Assembly (NCBI GenBank): GCA_949439935.1
Contig: CASRZA010000003.1
Coordinates: 1 to 37,699, forward strand
Direction: 5' to 3'
Length of the DNA stretch: 37,699 nucleotides
Source: an uncultured Bacilli bacterium
Lineage (GTDB): Bacteria; Bacillota_I; Bacilli_A; RF39; UBA660
In this document: positions 1 to 8,320 of the stretch, in pieces
Layout of the letters: every line of letters starts with the position of its first letter
How positions within the stretch are numbered: position 1 is the first letter of the stretch
Position numbers and translations under genes: made by a program
The notes under the pieces: generated by a model
What the model was told of the DNA's origin: nothing
Database searches by the model: none
Seen by the model: the letters and a program-made list of their open reading frames with translations, nothing else

Positions 1-4
1 TTTT

Positions 5-1045
5 GTGACAAAATTTACTATAGAAGAAAGTACAAAGAAACTAACTACAGAGGAGAAGTTAGCAAATCTTGGAATTAAAATTCAAGAGAGAACTCCAAAC
101 TTTGCAAATCCAGCTACAACAGACGAGACTGCAGATGGCTTGTTCAGTATGGAAGACGACTATGGAGTGAGTTACTATTATAGAGGAACGGCACCGGATA
201 ACTACATCAAATTCGGAAAAAATGCGAGTGGTCAAGATATGTGGTGGAGAATAATCAGATTCAATGGAGATGGAAGTATCAGAATGCAATACGACGGATC
301 AGGTGCATCTGGGTCTAATACATACACGAGAGGTTTTGCTCTGACGAGTCAAGTATGGAATACTAACTATAACGATGCCAAATATGTAGGTTGGATGTTC
401 GGAGGAGCGCAAGGAACAGCAAGTACGAGTAAAGCCCAAGCACAGACGAACGAGACTAACTCAGAGATCAAGATGGCAGTAGACAACTGGTATAAGAGTA
501 ACATAGTAGATACAGGATATAGTAATTATGTCCACGATGCAATCTTCTGTAATGACAGAAGCATACCAGGAAAGAGTCAAACAGGGTGGACAGATGACAC
601 AGGATTAGGATATGGAAAGAATGCAACAGGATATGGAGCGTATGCCAGAAGTGGAGTAGAATCAGTAAACTACAATAACGTAAGACCTCAATTCACATGT
701 CCACAAGACAACGACAAATTCACAGTAAGTGCAGAAAACGGAGGAAATGGAAACTCAACATATCCAGTAGGATTGATCACAGCAGATGAGATAGTGGCAG
801 CAGGAAGTGGAAAATACGGAACGATAAACCAAAGTTATTACTTAGCCAAAGGAAGTTGGTACTGGTCGTTCTCGCCTTACTATACACCTTACGCTGGCGT
901 GTTCAATGTCTACTCTACCGGTGTCTTGAGCCACTACAATGTGTACAACAGCGGTGCGGTCGCTCCAGTAATCAATCTGGGTGCCGAATACTTGAATCAG
1001 TTGAGAGGAACAGGAACTGCAAGTGATCCATTCCGAATAGGATAA
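5..1045 (+). CDS. 5'-truncated surface protein with C-terminal C-type-lectin-like (DUF6273-like) domain; probable DGR target
   Basis: Frame is open from the window edge. Motifs YYYRG..NYIKFG, WRIIRFNGDGSIR, FCNDRS, YPVGLITADE and YWSFSP...GAVAPVINL; Asn/Gly/Thr/Tyr rich. Confidence 0.75.
   Translation: MTKFTIEESTKKLTTEEKLANLGIKIQERTPNFANPATTDETADGLFSMEDDYGVSYYYRGTAPDNYIKFGKNASGQDMWWRIIRFNGDGSIRMQYDGSGASGSNTYTRGFALTSQVWNTNYNDAKYVGWMFGGAQGTASTSKAQAQTNETNSEIKMAVDNWYKSNIVDTGYSNYVHDAIFCNDRSIPGKSQTGWTDDTGLGYGKNATGYGAYARSGVESVNYNNVRPQFTCPQDNDKFTVSAENGGNGNSTYPVGLITADEIVAAGSGKYGTINQSYYLAKGSWYWSFSPYYTPYAGVFNVYSTGVLSHYNVYNSGAVAPVINLGAEYLNQLRGTGTASDPFRIG
857..976 (+). other. Putative DGR variable region (VR)
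   Basis: 1 of 36 codons in 857-964 ends in A versus 20 of 36 in 749-856. Scaffold residues use adenine-free codons; intervening codons are NNY. Confidence 0.7.
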
Positions 1046-1058
1046 TCGAAGATTGTCC
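1040..1058 (+). other. Hairpin with GAA triloop over the stop codon (candidate DGR homing hairpin)
   Basis: GGATAATC-GAA-GATTGTCC: 8-bp stem with one T.G pair. Confidence 0.5.
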
Positions 1059-1132
1059 CGAGAAATGAAAAATTTTTAGTACAATCCACGAATATGTTTT
1101 CTTATTTCATGGCAAGAAAATATTCATCCGAT

Positions 1133-1160
1133 AAGATCTCGTCTAGGGATCTTTTCTTAT
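1133..1160 (+). terminator. Intrinsic terminator between convergent genes
   Basis: AAGATCTC-GTCTA-GGGATCTT followed by TTCTTAT. Confidence 0.55.
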
Positions 1161-1184
1161 GTAAAACAAAAACCCTTAAAAGGG

Positions 1185-2825
1185 TTATTTGACTAAGACG
1201 GCATGGACTACTAATCTGTTTTTCCCGTTACTTTGACAGGTCGACAGAGTAAGGATTTTATCGTTCTCTTTAATCTCTGCCCCGAAGTCGTAGATCGATC
1301 TCGATCTAAGCTTATCTACAAATGTTAAAAAATCTGTCTGAGTATCAAAATTATTATAAAGATAATCGTTAGTCGCCGCGATCGTATAGATAGAGAAAAT
1401 TCTCCACTGCATATCGCCTTTTTCAGTATTAAAAGTGATATATTGGTTCTCTGCTTTCGTATGCCAACTAGATTTTAAAGTTGCCGAAAGATTCCCGAAC
1501 ATCAACTTAGCTTTCGCAATATTGTGTCCATAAATAACCGTGTTCTGGTCCATATCATAAGCGTTGTTTCGATAGTCCATAAAGACCCAACCTAAAGAAT
1601 TCGAGTTCTTATTAAAGTCGTGATTCAAATAATAACTGTTGTTATTTCCCTGGACGACAGGGTAGTTGACAGTAGTATTATTTACAGTAAGCCATCCCAC
1701 AGTATCTGGATTCGTCTGTTTTAAAACCGAGATGACCTTCGCATAGTTCTTATAATAAGGGCTTACATAATTGTTTTTAGGTTTAGTCGTCGTAGGTGCA
1801 GTAGGTTCAGGAGACTGAGTAGTAGGAGTAGTCGTCGGCTCAGTCGGAGGGGTGGGATCCAAATATTCAAATTCCTCCAATAGATCCGATATGTCGTCGT
1901 TGATAGAATCGATCTCCGTAGAACTCATATAGATGTCATACTCGTTCAATCCATAGCCGATTATACAAGAGAATATGATGACGACGAGCATATACTTCAA
2001 AGTTGTAAAATTCAAAAGTTTCATAAAATTTTCAAATTTATATTCCTTAGTATAATCGATCTTAAACTTGATCTTATTTTGCTTTATATATTTACTCTTT
2101 TTAGCAAATTCCTCGAGGGCTAAAAAATAACTCAAATTATTTTCAGTACCCTTAATCGTAAGAGTTATACTCTTTTTCTTCGCTTCTTTTAAGTGCCTGA
2201 CTATACTTTTAATAAAGTCCATATCTATATATTCAAAATATATCGTCTTTAAATAGTTATTGATCGATAAAAACTGATCGAAATCCTTATAATCGAGATC
2301 TTTAAACTCATAATCTATGACGATCTTTCTTTTATAAAATACGTCCGAATAACTAGTAAGTTTGTTCACTCTCAAGAAATTACTGATATAGAAGACCTCG
2401 ACGCGAGTTTCTATTTTCACACCCTTAGTCGTATCTATTCTTTCCAAAAGATATGTTGGAATGGCATAAAGGTTGATATATCTTAAAGTATCGTTTTTCA
2501 AAATCGCCAAGTGCATCTCATAATCTATGCTGATGTCCGGTTTGATGATTAAATCGGTAATCGTGGGTATGTAATTCAAAAGTTCCAGTGAAGTAATTAT
2601 CAATTCCTCTTGATCGACGATCGCTTTGGTTATATTGTCATTTTTGACCATGACGTTCAAAAAACCAGCGACGAGCTTCAGATTATTCTTGAAATACTTC
2701 GTATCGAAAATCAGATCATCTTTAGATATGATATTTGTATTATTTAAGTTCTTAAACGCGTTGTTTTCGATCTTATAGCCTATAGTCAACGTATTGTCGT
2801 TTATTAAAAATTGGATCTTTTTCAT
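1185..2825 (-). CDS. srtB: Class B sortase with long N-terminal cytoplasmic domain
   Basis: C-terminal domain with NPDTVGWL, NYPVVQ, YYLNHDF, NTVIYGHN, LTLSTC, RLVVHA (His/Cys/Arg triad). Single TM at about aa 277-293, then a Pro/Thr linker. Confidence 0.9.
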   Translation of the reverse strand: MKKIQFLINDNTLTIGYKIENNAFKNLNNTNIISKDDLIFDTKYFKNNLKLVAGFLNVMVKNDNITKAIVDQEELIITSLELLNYIPTITDLIIKPDISIDYEMHLAILKNDTLRYINLYAIPTYLLERIDTTKGVKIETRVEVFYISNFLRVNKLTSYSDVFYKRKIVIDYEFKDLDYKDFDQFLSINNYLKTIYFEYIDMDFIKSIVRHLKEAKKKSITLTIKGTENNLSYFLALEEFAKKSKYIKQNKIKFKIDYTKEYKFENFMKLLNFTTLKYMLVVIIFSCIIGYGLNEYDIYMSSTEIDSINDDISDLLEEFEYLDPTPPTEPTTTPTTQSPEPTAPTTTKPKNNYVSPYYKNYAKVISVLKQTNPDTVGWLTVNNTTVNYPVVQGNNNSYYLNHDFNKNSNSLGWVFMDYRNNAYDMDQNTVIYGHNIAKAKLMFGNLSATLKSSWHTKAENQYITFNTEKGDMQWRIFSIYTIAATNDYLYNNFDTQTDFLTFVDKLRSRSIYDFGAEIKENDKILTLSTCQSNGKNRLVVHAVLVK

Positions 2826-2889
2826 CTAGTTATCACGTCCCTTATTATATTATCATAAATTTGTTGCTTTTTGTGTAAATATTGCAAAA

Positions 2890-2930
2890 AACACTATATT
2901 TTTTTGTCGAATAGTGTTATATTAGTGTTA
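2890..2930. promoter_or_regulatory. Divergent control region with Spo0A-box match and TAGTGTT repeats
   Basis: TGTCGAA at 2905-2911; AACACTA at 2890-2896; TAGTGTTA at 2912-2919 and 2923-2930. Confidence 0.45.
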
Positions 2931-3008
2931 ATCATAGGGAGTGATATATGAAATCTGCGTATATTTTGCTTAAAGAAACGAATAATAAAAGAGAAAGAGG
3001 AAAGTATT

Positions 3009-4385
3009 ATGAATAAAATTTTAAAAGGACTAAGTGCTTTCGCAATTGCATCTGCGATTGGACTTAATACGTTGACAGTTAATGCTGCAACCACCTGTGA
3101 ACCTGGTGAAACTGAATACACAAACTATTATATGTTCCTAAACGAAGACACAGTCGATTACTTGACAAAAGGTGTAAATGAAGCACCAGCAGGTACGATA
3201 TTCGCCCTATATAATGGTGCTGATAAATATAACGACGTTCCGAACGGTAAAAAGTTAGACGATGGATACGTAAGAATTAAAAGTGGAAACAAAAGTACTA
3301 CTAATTCTAATACGAGCATCGAATGGACAGTAGCAGAATTCTGGCAGAAATACCATAAAGGATTCAATAACATGCGCAGTGACGGTTACGTCTATGAAGA
3401 CACAGTAAACCACGAATCTTACGTTTTCCATAACGAATGGTGGAAATTCGCCGATGAGACGTTTACAAACGGAACTCCGAGAGAACACGTGACTGATGCT
3501 ACGACTAAAGCCTTGCTAAACTATTTGGATAGCAACATCTCGAGCATCGCATCGTCTCCACTTGCAACGAGAGGTACAAACGTTCCAGAAACGTTTATCA
3601 CGATGCCTAACAACATCGGAAGTACCACTTCGAGTCCACTTAGATGGAACGTTGCGAGAAAAATAACGTCATCTGATCTATTAGAAGGTGTACAGATCGG
3701 TACAGGATCTAAGAAAATATGGTCTCCAGCTGCTTACTTCGTCAAATACTGTAAGGCAGATGGTGGAACGACACCTGAAAAAGAAAGAAAGATCACCTAT
3801 GATCCAAACACAACTTCTCAAGTAGCAGGAATGCCAGATCCTAATCCGTTCGTATTTAAAGATGCTTGTACAAACATCTCGACAAATACTCCTACGAGAA
3901 CAGATGGATATACATTCTTAGGATGGAGCAAAACTAAAACAGATACAAAAGGTGACCCAAAATACGCACCTAATGCACAGTACTGTGAGACTGAAGAAAA
4001 CATAACTCTTTACGCTATTTGGAAAGAAGTGGAAAAGAACGAAGATGGTTCGTATACGGTGACATACGATGCAAACGGAGGTAAAAATGCACCTTCTGCA
4101 CAAACTACACCTGACGGATCTTGTATGAACATTTCTTCTGGAAAGCCTACCTTGGCGAACAACAACTTCCTCGGATGGAGTAGAGATCCTAAGGCAAAAG
4201 AACCAGATCCAAGATATGCAGCAGGTGCAGAATACTGTGGTGCAGATGGAAACATCACTCTATACGCAGTATGGCAAGTACAATCTGGTATAAGTGCTCA
4301 CTTTATAGCATTTAGTTTGGTTGCTATAGCTGCCGCAGGAGCCCTAGTAGTTGCCCAAAGAAAAGACTTATTTAAGCAAATATAG
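3009..4385 (+). CDS. Cell-wall surface protein with two InlB B-like (Listeria-Bacteroides) repeats
   Basis: Signal peptide ending VNA; repeats ITYDPN..GYTFLGWS..ITLYAIW and VTYDANGG..FLGWS..ITLYAVW; C-terminal VQSG + hydrophobic stretch + basic tail. Confidence 0.85.
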   Translation: MNKILKGLSAFAIASAIGLNTLTVNAATTCEPGETEYTNYYMFLNEDTVDYLTKGVNEAPAGTIFALYNGADKYNDVPNGKKLDDGYVRIKSGNKSTTNSNTSIEWTVAEFWQKYHKGFNNMRSDGYVYEDTVNHESYVFHNEWWKFADETFTNGTPREHVTDATTKALLNYLDSNISSIASSPLATRGTNVPETFITMPNNIGSTTSSPLRWNVARKITSSDLLEGVQIGTGSKKIWSPAAYFVKYCKADGGTTPEKERKITYDPNTTSQVAGMPDPNPFVFKDACTNISTNTPTRTDGYTFLGWSKTKTDTKGDPKYAPNAQYCETEENITLYAIWKEVEKNEDGSYTVTYDANGGKNAPSAQTTPDGSCMNISSGKPTLANNNFLGWSRDPKAKEPDPRYAAGAEYCGADGNITLYAVWQVQSGISAHFIAFSLVAIAAAGALVVAQRKDLFKQI

Positions 4386-4414
4386 TAGATTTTTAAAAAA
4401 GTGATATTTAGGTA

Positions 4415-4443
4415 TTGCTTTTTTTTTGTTTTTGGTATAGAAT
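4415..4443 (+). promoter_or_regulatory. Sigma-A-type promoter with T9 tract
   Basis: TTGCTT-17 bp-TAGAAT; T run at 4419-4427. Confidence 0.5.
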
Positions 4444-4485
4444 AACTACTTGAAAAAGGGAAAGGAATTTTATTAGGGTGGTTAA

Positions 4486-5844
4486 ATGAAAAATTATTTA
4501 AAGTCACTAGCAGTTGGAGCTTTAGCTTTGACGATCGGATTAGGAACAGTGGAGGCAGCGACAGCAACGCAAAAAATAAATACAAATGCATGTGAAACTG
4601 TCTATACAAATTACTATTTCTTCTTAGATGCAAACACAGAAAGCTTTTTTAACAAAAGCGAATTATCACAAATTACACACAATACAGTAGCAGAATACAA
4701 AAATAACTCTTATCAAATAAGAAATTTTGATGCTTATAACATCGGATATGGAGAAGTCGATGTAGCGAGAACTACTACAACTTCTAAAGATGGTATAACT
4801 TCTATGTCTTTGAGCGATTTCTACGACATCGCTTTGAGAGCTTCTAGAACGAGTGGAGGATCATTCACACAAGGTGCGAACAACTATATCTTCGCTCACG
4901 ATTGGTATAGTGTCAACTCAAACGGAACAGCAAACAAAGAACCTGGTTCTCTAAATATTTCGAGCTTGACAAGAAATCAACTTATGAACGCAACAGTAGA
5001 TGCGATTACTACTATGACTAGAGAGTCTAGTGTAAATCCAAGTGCACCAAATCCATTTATCATAAAAGTTTTTAGAAACTATTATGGATATTTGACTGGA
5101 AAGCCAGCTAAAGTAGGTAACTACAATTGGTATTTCCATCCAGCAGTATATTACATACAATATTGTTCTACAAAACAAGATGAACCTGAACAAAAAGAAT
5201 ACAGAATCAATTATCATGAAAACGGTTCAAACGTAACTAATATGCCAAAGAACGAATGGGCTTATGAAGGAGAATGTTTGACTATTTCAAGTAAAGTACC
5301 AAAAAGACCTGGTTATAAATTCTTAGGTTGGTCTGAATCTTCTAAAAAGTTGGAAGATCCTTGGTATAAAGGCGATAGATACTGCGGTAAATATGGAGAC
5401 TTAGACCTATACGCTATATGGGAAAGAGAATCTTATCCAGTAAATCCTTCTATAGAGTATTACAACGTCTACTACAAGCCAAATACGACAGATGTCGTCA
5501 CAGGAATGCCTTCAGATAATAAAGACATACCTAACGATAGAGATGTTTACATCGCATCCAACGTTCCAGTTAGAGCAGGATTCACATTTGTAGGATGGGG
5601 ATTGACTAAAGATACTACTATTCCAGACTACAAAGGTAACGATCTTTACTCAGATAGAAAAGATTTAACTCTATATGCTATATGGGAAAAGAATCCCGAT
5701 CCAATAAAACCTGATCCAAAACCAGAACCTCCAGATAATCCTCAAACTGGTATAGAAGACTTCTTCGTACCTCTAGGTGGAGTAGCTTTGGTTGCAGGAC
5801 TTGGACTAAAATACATGAAAAAACGAATTTATGACAACTTATAA
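4486..5844 (+). CDS. Sortase-anchored surface protein with two InlB B-like repeats and NPQTG sorting signal
   Basis: Signal peptide ending VEA; GYKFLGWS..LDLYAIW and GFTFVGWG..LTLYAIW repeats; Pro-rich stalk; NPQTG + TM + KKR tail; paralogous to 3009..4385. Confidence 0.88.
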   Translation: MKNYLKSLAVGALALTIGLGTVEAATATQKINTNACETVYTNYYFFLDANTESFFNKSELSQITHNTVAEYKNNSYQIRNFDAYNIGYGEVDVARTTTTSKDGITSMSLSDFYDIALRASRTSGGSFTQGANNYIFAHDWYSVNSNGTANKEPGSLNISSLTRNQLMNATVDAITTMTRESSVNPSAPNPFIIKVFRNYYGYLTGKPAKVGNYNWYFHPAVYYIQYCSTKQDEPEQKEYRINYHENGSNVTNMPKNEWAYEGECLTISSKVPKRPGYKFLGWSESSKKLEDPWYKGDRYCGKYGDLDLYAIWERESYPVNPSIEYYNVYYKPNTTDVVTGMPSDNKDIPNDRDVYIASNVPVRAGFTFVGWGLTKDTTIPDYKGNDLYSDRKDLTLYAIWEKNPDPIKPDPKPEPPDNPQTGIEDFFVPLGGVALVAGLGLKYMKKRIYDNL

Positions 5845-5855
5845 TAAATTCTTAC

Positions 5856-5881
5856 GATAACTGGTGACAGTTATCTTTTTT
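5856..5881 (+). terminator. Intrinsic terminator
   Basis: GATAACTG-GTGA-CAGTTATC followed by T6. Confidence 0.8.
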
Positions 5882-6001
5882 CAAAATAAATATATGTAGA
5901 TCAAATTATAAAATATTGATAGAAAGGGCCGAGACTTAAGTAAGCAACCTACATTAATTAAATTATATGATTTACAAGAGTGCTGAGATTCCCTTATGAC
6001 G

Positions 6002-6028
6002 GAAATAAGAATTTTTCTTATTTCTTTT
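6002..6028 (+). terminator. Second terminator-like hairpin with no upstream CDS
   Basis: GAAATAAGAA-TTT-TTCTTATTTC followed by TTTT. Confidence 0.55.
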
Positions 6029-6052
6029 CTTCTAATAAACTATACAAAAAAT

Positions 6053-6081
6053 TTGACAAAGACTATAGTTGATGATAAACT
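6053..6081 (+). promoter_or_regulatory. Sigma-A promoter of ABC transporter
   Basis: TTGACA-17 bp-TAAACT with extended -10 TG. Confidence 0.7.
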
Positions 6082-6171
6082 GTAAATCGCTAGAAAGAAG
6101 TAAATCCCCATGATTTATCTAACAACTAGAAAAAGAGTTTTTTAATATAAAATATAAAAATGGAGGACATT

Positions 6172-7920
6172 ATGAAAAAACGGCAAAAAGAGAACAAATT
6201 AAAGAATTTTAAACTTATCTGGCAATATTTAAAAGGAGATAAAATAAAACTTATAATTTATATCTTTCTCACTATCGCGATGATTACTCCGGCAGTATTA
6301 GGGCCAATATTGTGGGGTAATGGACTAGAAGCTTTAACTAAAAATGATGCAAAAAGTTTCTTTACGATCTTAATTTTATACACAGGTATGTATATTCTAT
6401 TCTATACTTTGTGTATGGTACCACACGATAAACTCCACAATCATCTCGAAGTTAAGTTTATCAAAAGTGTGAGCAAAGACATGTATAAAAAGATCGACGA
6501 TCTTCCTGCAAGAGCTTTCGAAGAAATTGGAGTGGGTGAATTTATCAATCGTCTTTCCAGCGATACAGACAGAATTATAGAACTTTTATCTAAATTGATC
6601 AGGATGACTATCAAAGCATGCGTCATCATATTCGTCTTTATCGCGTGTATCAATGTATCTTGGATTCTAGGACTCGAAATCCTTATATTTGGTCTCATCA
6701 TGGGCTTTATCTCATATAAGTTCTTCCCTAAGATTAAGAAAAGCCAAGAGAAAGTAAAAGAAGAATCGGACAAATATGTAAAACAGGCGACTGAAAACAT
6801 CTCAGGCATCCGCGAGATAAAATCTTTAGGTATCAAAAGAAAAATCGAAAAAAACATTTCAAACATTCTCGACGAACTCTATAAAAATTCGATCAAAATA
6901 AGAAATTATGAAATCACTTATTACAGCTTAAACAATTTAACTTACTTCATTTTACAGTTTATAATTCTCGCGACGAGTGGCTATTTACTATTGCAAGGGG
7001 AACTCTCTTATAGCATGTTTATCATAATCGAATCGTACATCTGGCGAATCGACGACGTCGTCGAATCCATAAGCGACTTCGGTGTAAACTTCAACAAAGT
7101 AGCCGTATCTTTGAAGAGAATCGACGAAATATTGAACAATAGGTTGTACGAAAGCGAAAAGTTCGGGGAAGTCGAACTAAAAGACATCAAAGGTACGATC
7201 GAATTTAAAAATGTATCTTTTAAATACACCGAAGATGAAGAAAACACCCTAAACGATCTTTCACTAAAGATCGTTCCACATAAAAAAATCGCTATCGTAG
7301 GGCGAAGCGGGAACGGAAAGTCGACGATTTTCAATCTGCTCTTAAGATATTTCGATGCGACAGAAGGACAGATTCTAATAGACGGTGTCGACATTAAAGA
7401 ACTCAAAGAAACGTCACTTAGAAAAAACATTTCTATAATAAGACAAAGTCCGTTCTTATTTAACATGTCGATATTCGATAATTTTAAAATGGTAAAGGAA
7501 GACATAACTTTAGAAGAATTAAGGGAAGTCTGTAAGAAAGCTTACATCGACGAATATGTCATGAGTCTTCCAAACAAATATGACACCATAATAGGAGAGG
7601 GTGGAGTCAACTTGTCGGGAGGGCAAAAACAGCGGCTTGCAATTGCTAGAACGCTCCTTTTGGATACAAATATCATCCTCTTCGACGAAGCGACATCCGC
7701 TTTAGATAACGAATCTCAAATGTATATCAAAAAGACGATCGACGACCTGGTAAAGACACACACAATCATAATCGTCGCACACAGACTTTCTACCATCAAA
7801 GATGCCGACGTCATCAACATCATCGACAAAGGACGATTAGCTGGTTCAGGAACGCACAAAGAGCTTTTAAAGACGAACGAAGTCTATAAAAAACTATACA
7901 ATTCTGAAATCGAAGAATAA
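6172..7920 (+). CDS. ABC exporter, fused permease/ATP-binding protein
   Basis: N-terminal TM helices; Walker A GRSGNGKS, signature LSGGQKQR, Walker B ILFDEATSALD, H-loop VAHRLST. GGAGG at 6162-6166 favours ATG 6172. Confidence 0.95.
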   Translation: MKKRQKENKLKNFKLIWQYLKGDKIKLIIYIFLTIAMITPAVLGPILWGNGLEALTKNDAKSFFTILILYTGMYILFYTLCMVPHDKLHNHLEVKFIKSVSKDMYKKIDDLPARAFEEIGVGEFINRLSSDTDRIIELLSKLIRMTIKACVIIFVFIACINVSWILGLEILIFGLIMGFISYKFFPKIKKSQEKVKEESDKYVKQATENISGIREIKSLGIKRKIEKNISNILDELYKNSIKIRNYEITYYSLNNLTYFILQFIILATSGYLLLQGELSYSMFIIIESYIWRIDDVVESISDFGVNFNKVAVSLKRIDEILNNRLYESEKFGEVELKDIKGTIEFKNVSFKYTEDEENTLNDLSLKIVPHKKIAIVGRSGNGKSTIFNLLLRYFDATEGQILIDGVDIKELKETSLRKNISIIRQSPFLFNMSIFDNFKMVKEDITLEELREVCKKAYIDEYVMSLPNKYDTIIGEGGVNLSGGQKQRLAIARTLLLDTNIILFDEATSALDNESQMYIKKTIDDLVKTHTIIIVAHRLSTIKDADVINIIDKGRLAGSGTHKELLKTNEVYKKLYNSEIEE

Positions 7921-7921
7921 T

Positions 7922-7954
7922 AAAACACCACAGAATCCTCTCTATGGTGTTTTT
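7922..7954. terminator. Bidirectional terminator
   Basis: AAAACACCA...TGGTGTTTT inverted repeat between convergent genes. Confidence 0.7.
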
Positions 7955-7958
7955 AGTA

Positions 7959-8171
7959 TCAACAATTGACAGATGAAATTTCAGTCACATTGTGAGCTTG
8001 TAAACCTTTTGAAGTTTGAACGAGGTCGAATCTCACGCGTTCTCCTTCCTTCAAGGTCTTATATCCATCCATATTTATCTCAGTATAGTGAACGAAGATA
8101 TCTTCTTCGTTGCCATTGTCTATAAAGCCATAACCTTTCTCATTGTTAAACCACTTAATTGTACTTTCCAT
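7959..8171 (-). CDS. Cold-shock domain protein (Csp family)
   Basis: KWFNNEKGYGFI (RNP1), DIFVHY (RNP2), GLQAHNV; 70 aa from ATG 8171. Confidence 0.95.
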   Translation of the reverse strand: MESTIKWFNNEKGYGFIDNGNEEDIFVHYTEINMDGYKTLKEGERVRFDLVQTSKGLQAHNVTEISSVNC

Positions 8172-8320
8172 AAATCTTTTAAATCTTCCTTCCTTTTTAC
8201 TTTTTAGTGCTTGTGAATTCACAAAAACTACCTTGTTTAAACACTAAAAATATAACAGAAAAAAGATGTCTCAGTTAATTATAAATATCGAAATTAAATT
8301 TTCATAGGATTTTCGAGATA

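Noticed and set aside
5921-5995. SAM-I riboswitch (AGCAACC...GTGCT...ATTCC resemblance)
   Set aside because: Lacks the P1 AUC/GAU and kink-turn/pseudoknot elements, and lies upstream of the ABC promoter rather than in its leader.
8211-8224. Rex operator
   Set aside because: Half-sites TTGTGAA/TTCACAA lack the 4-bp spacer; better explained as an RNA hairpin.
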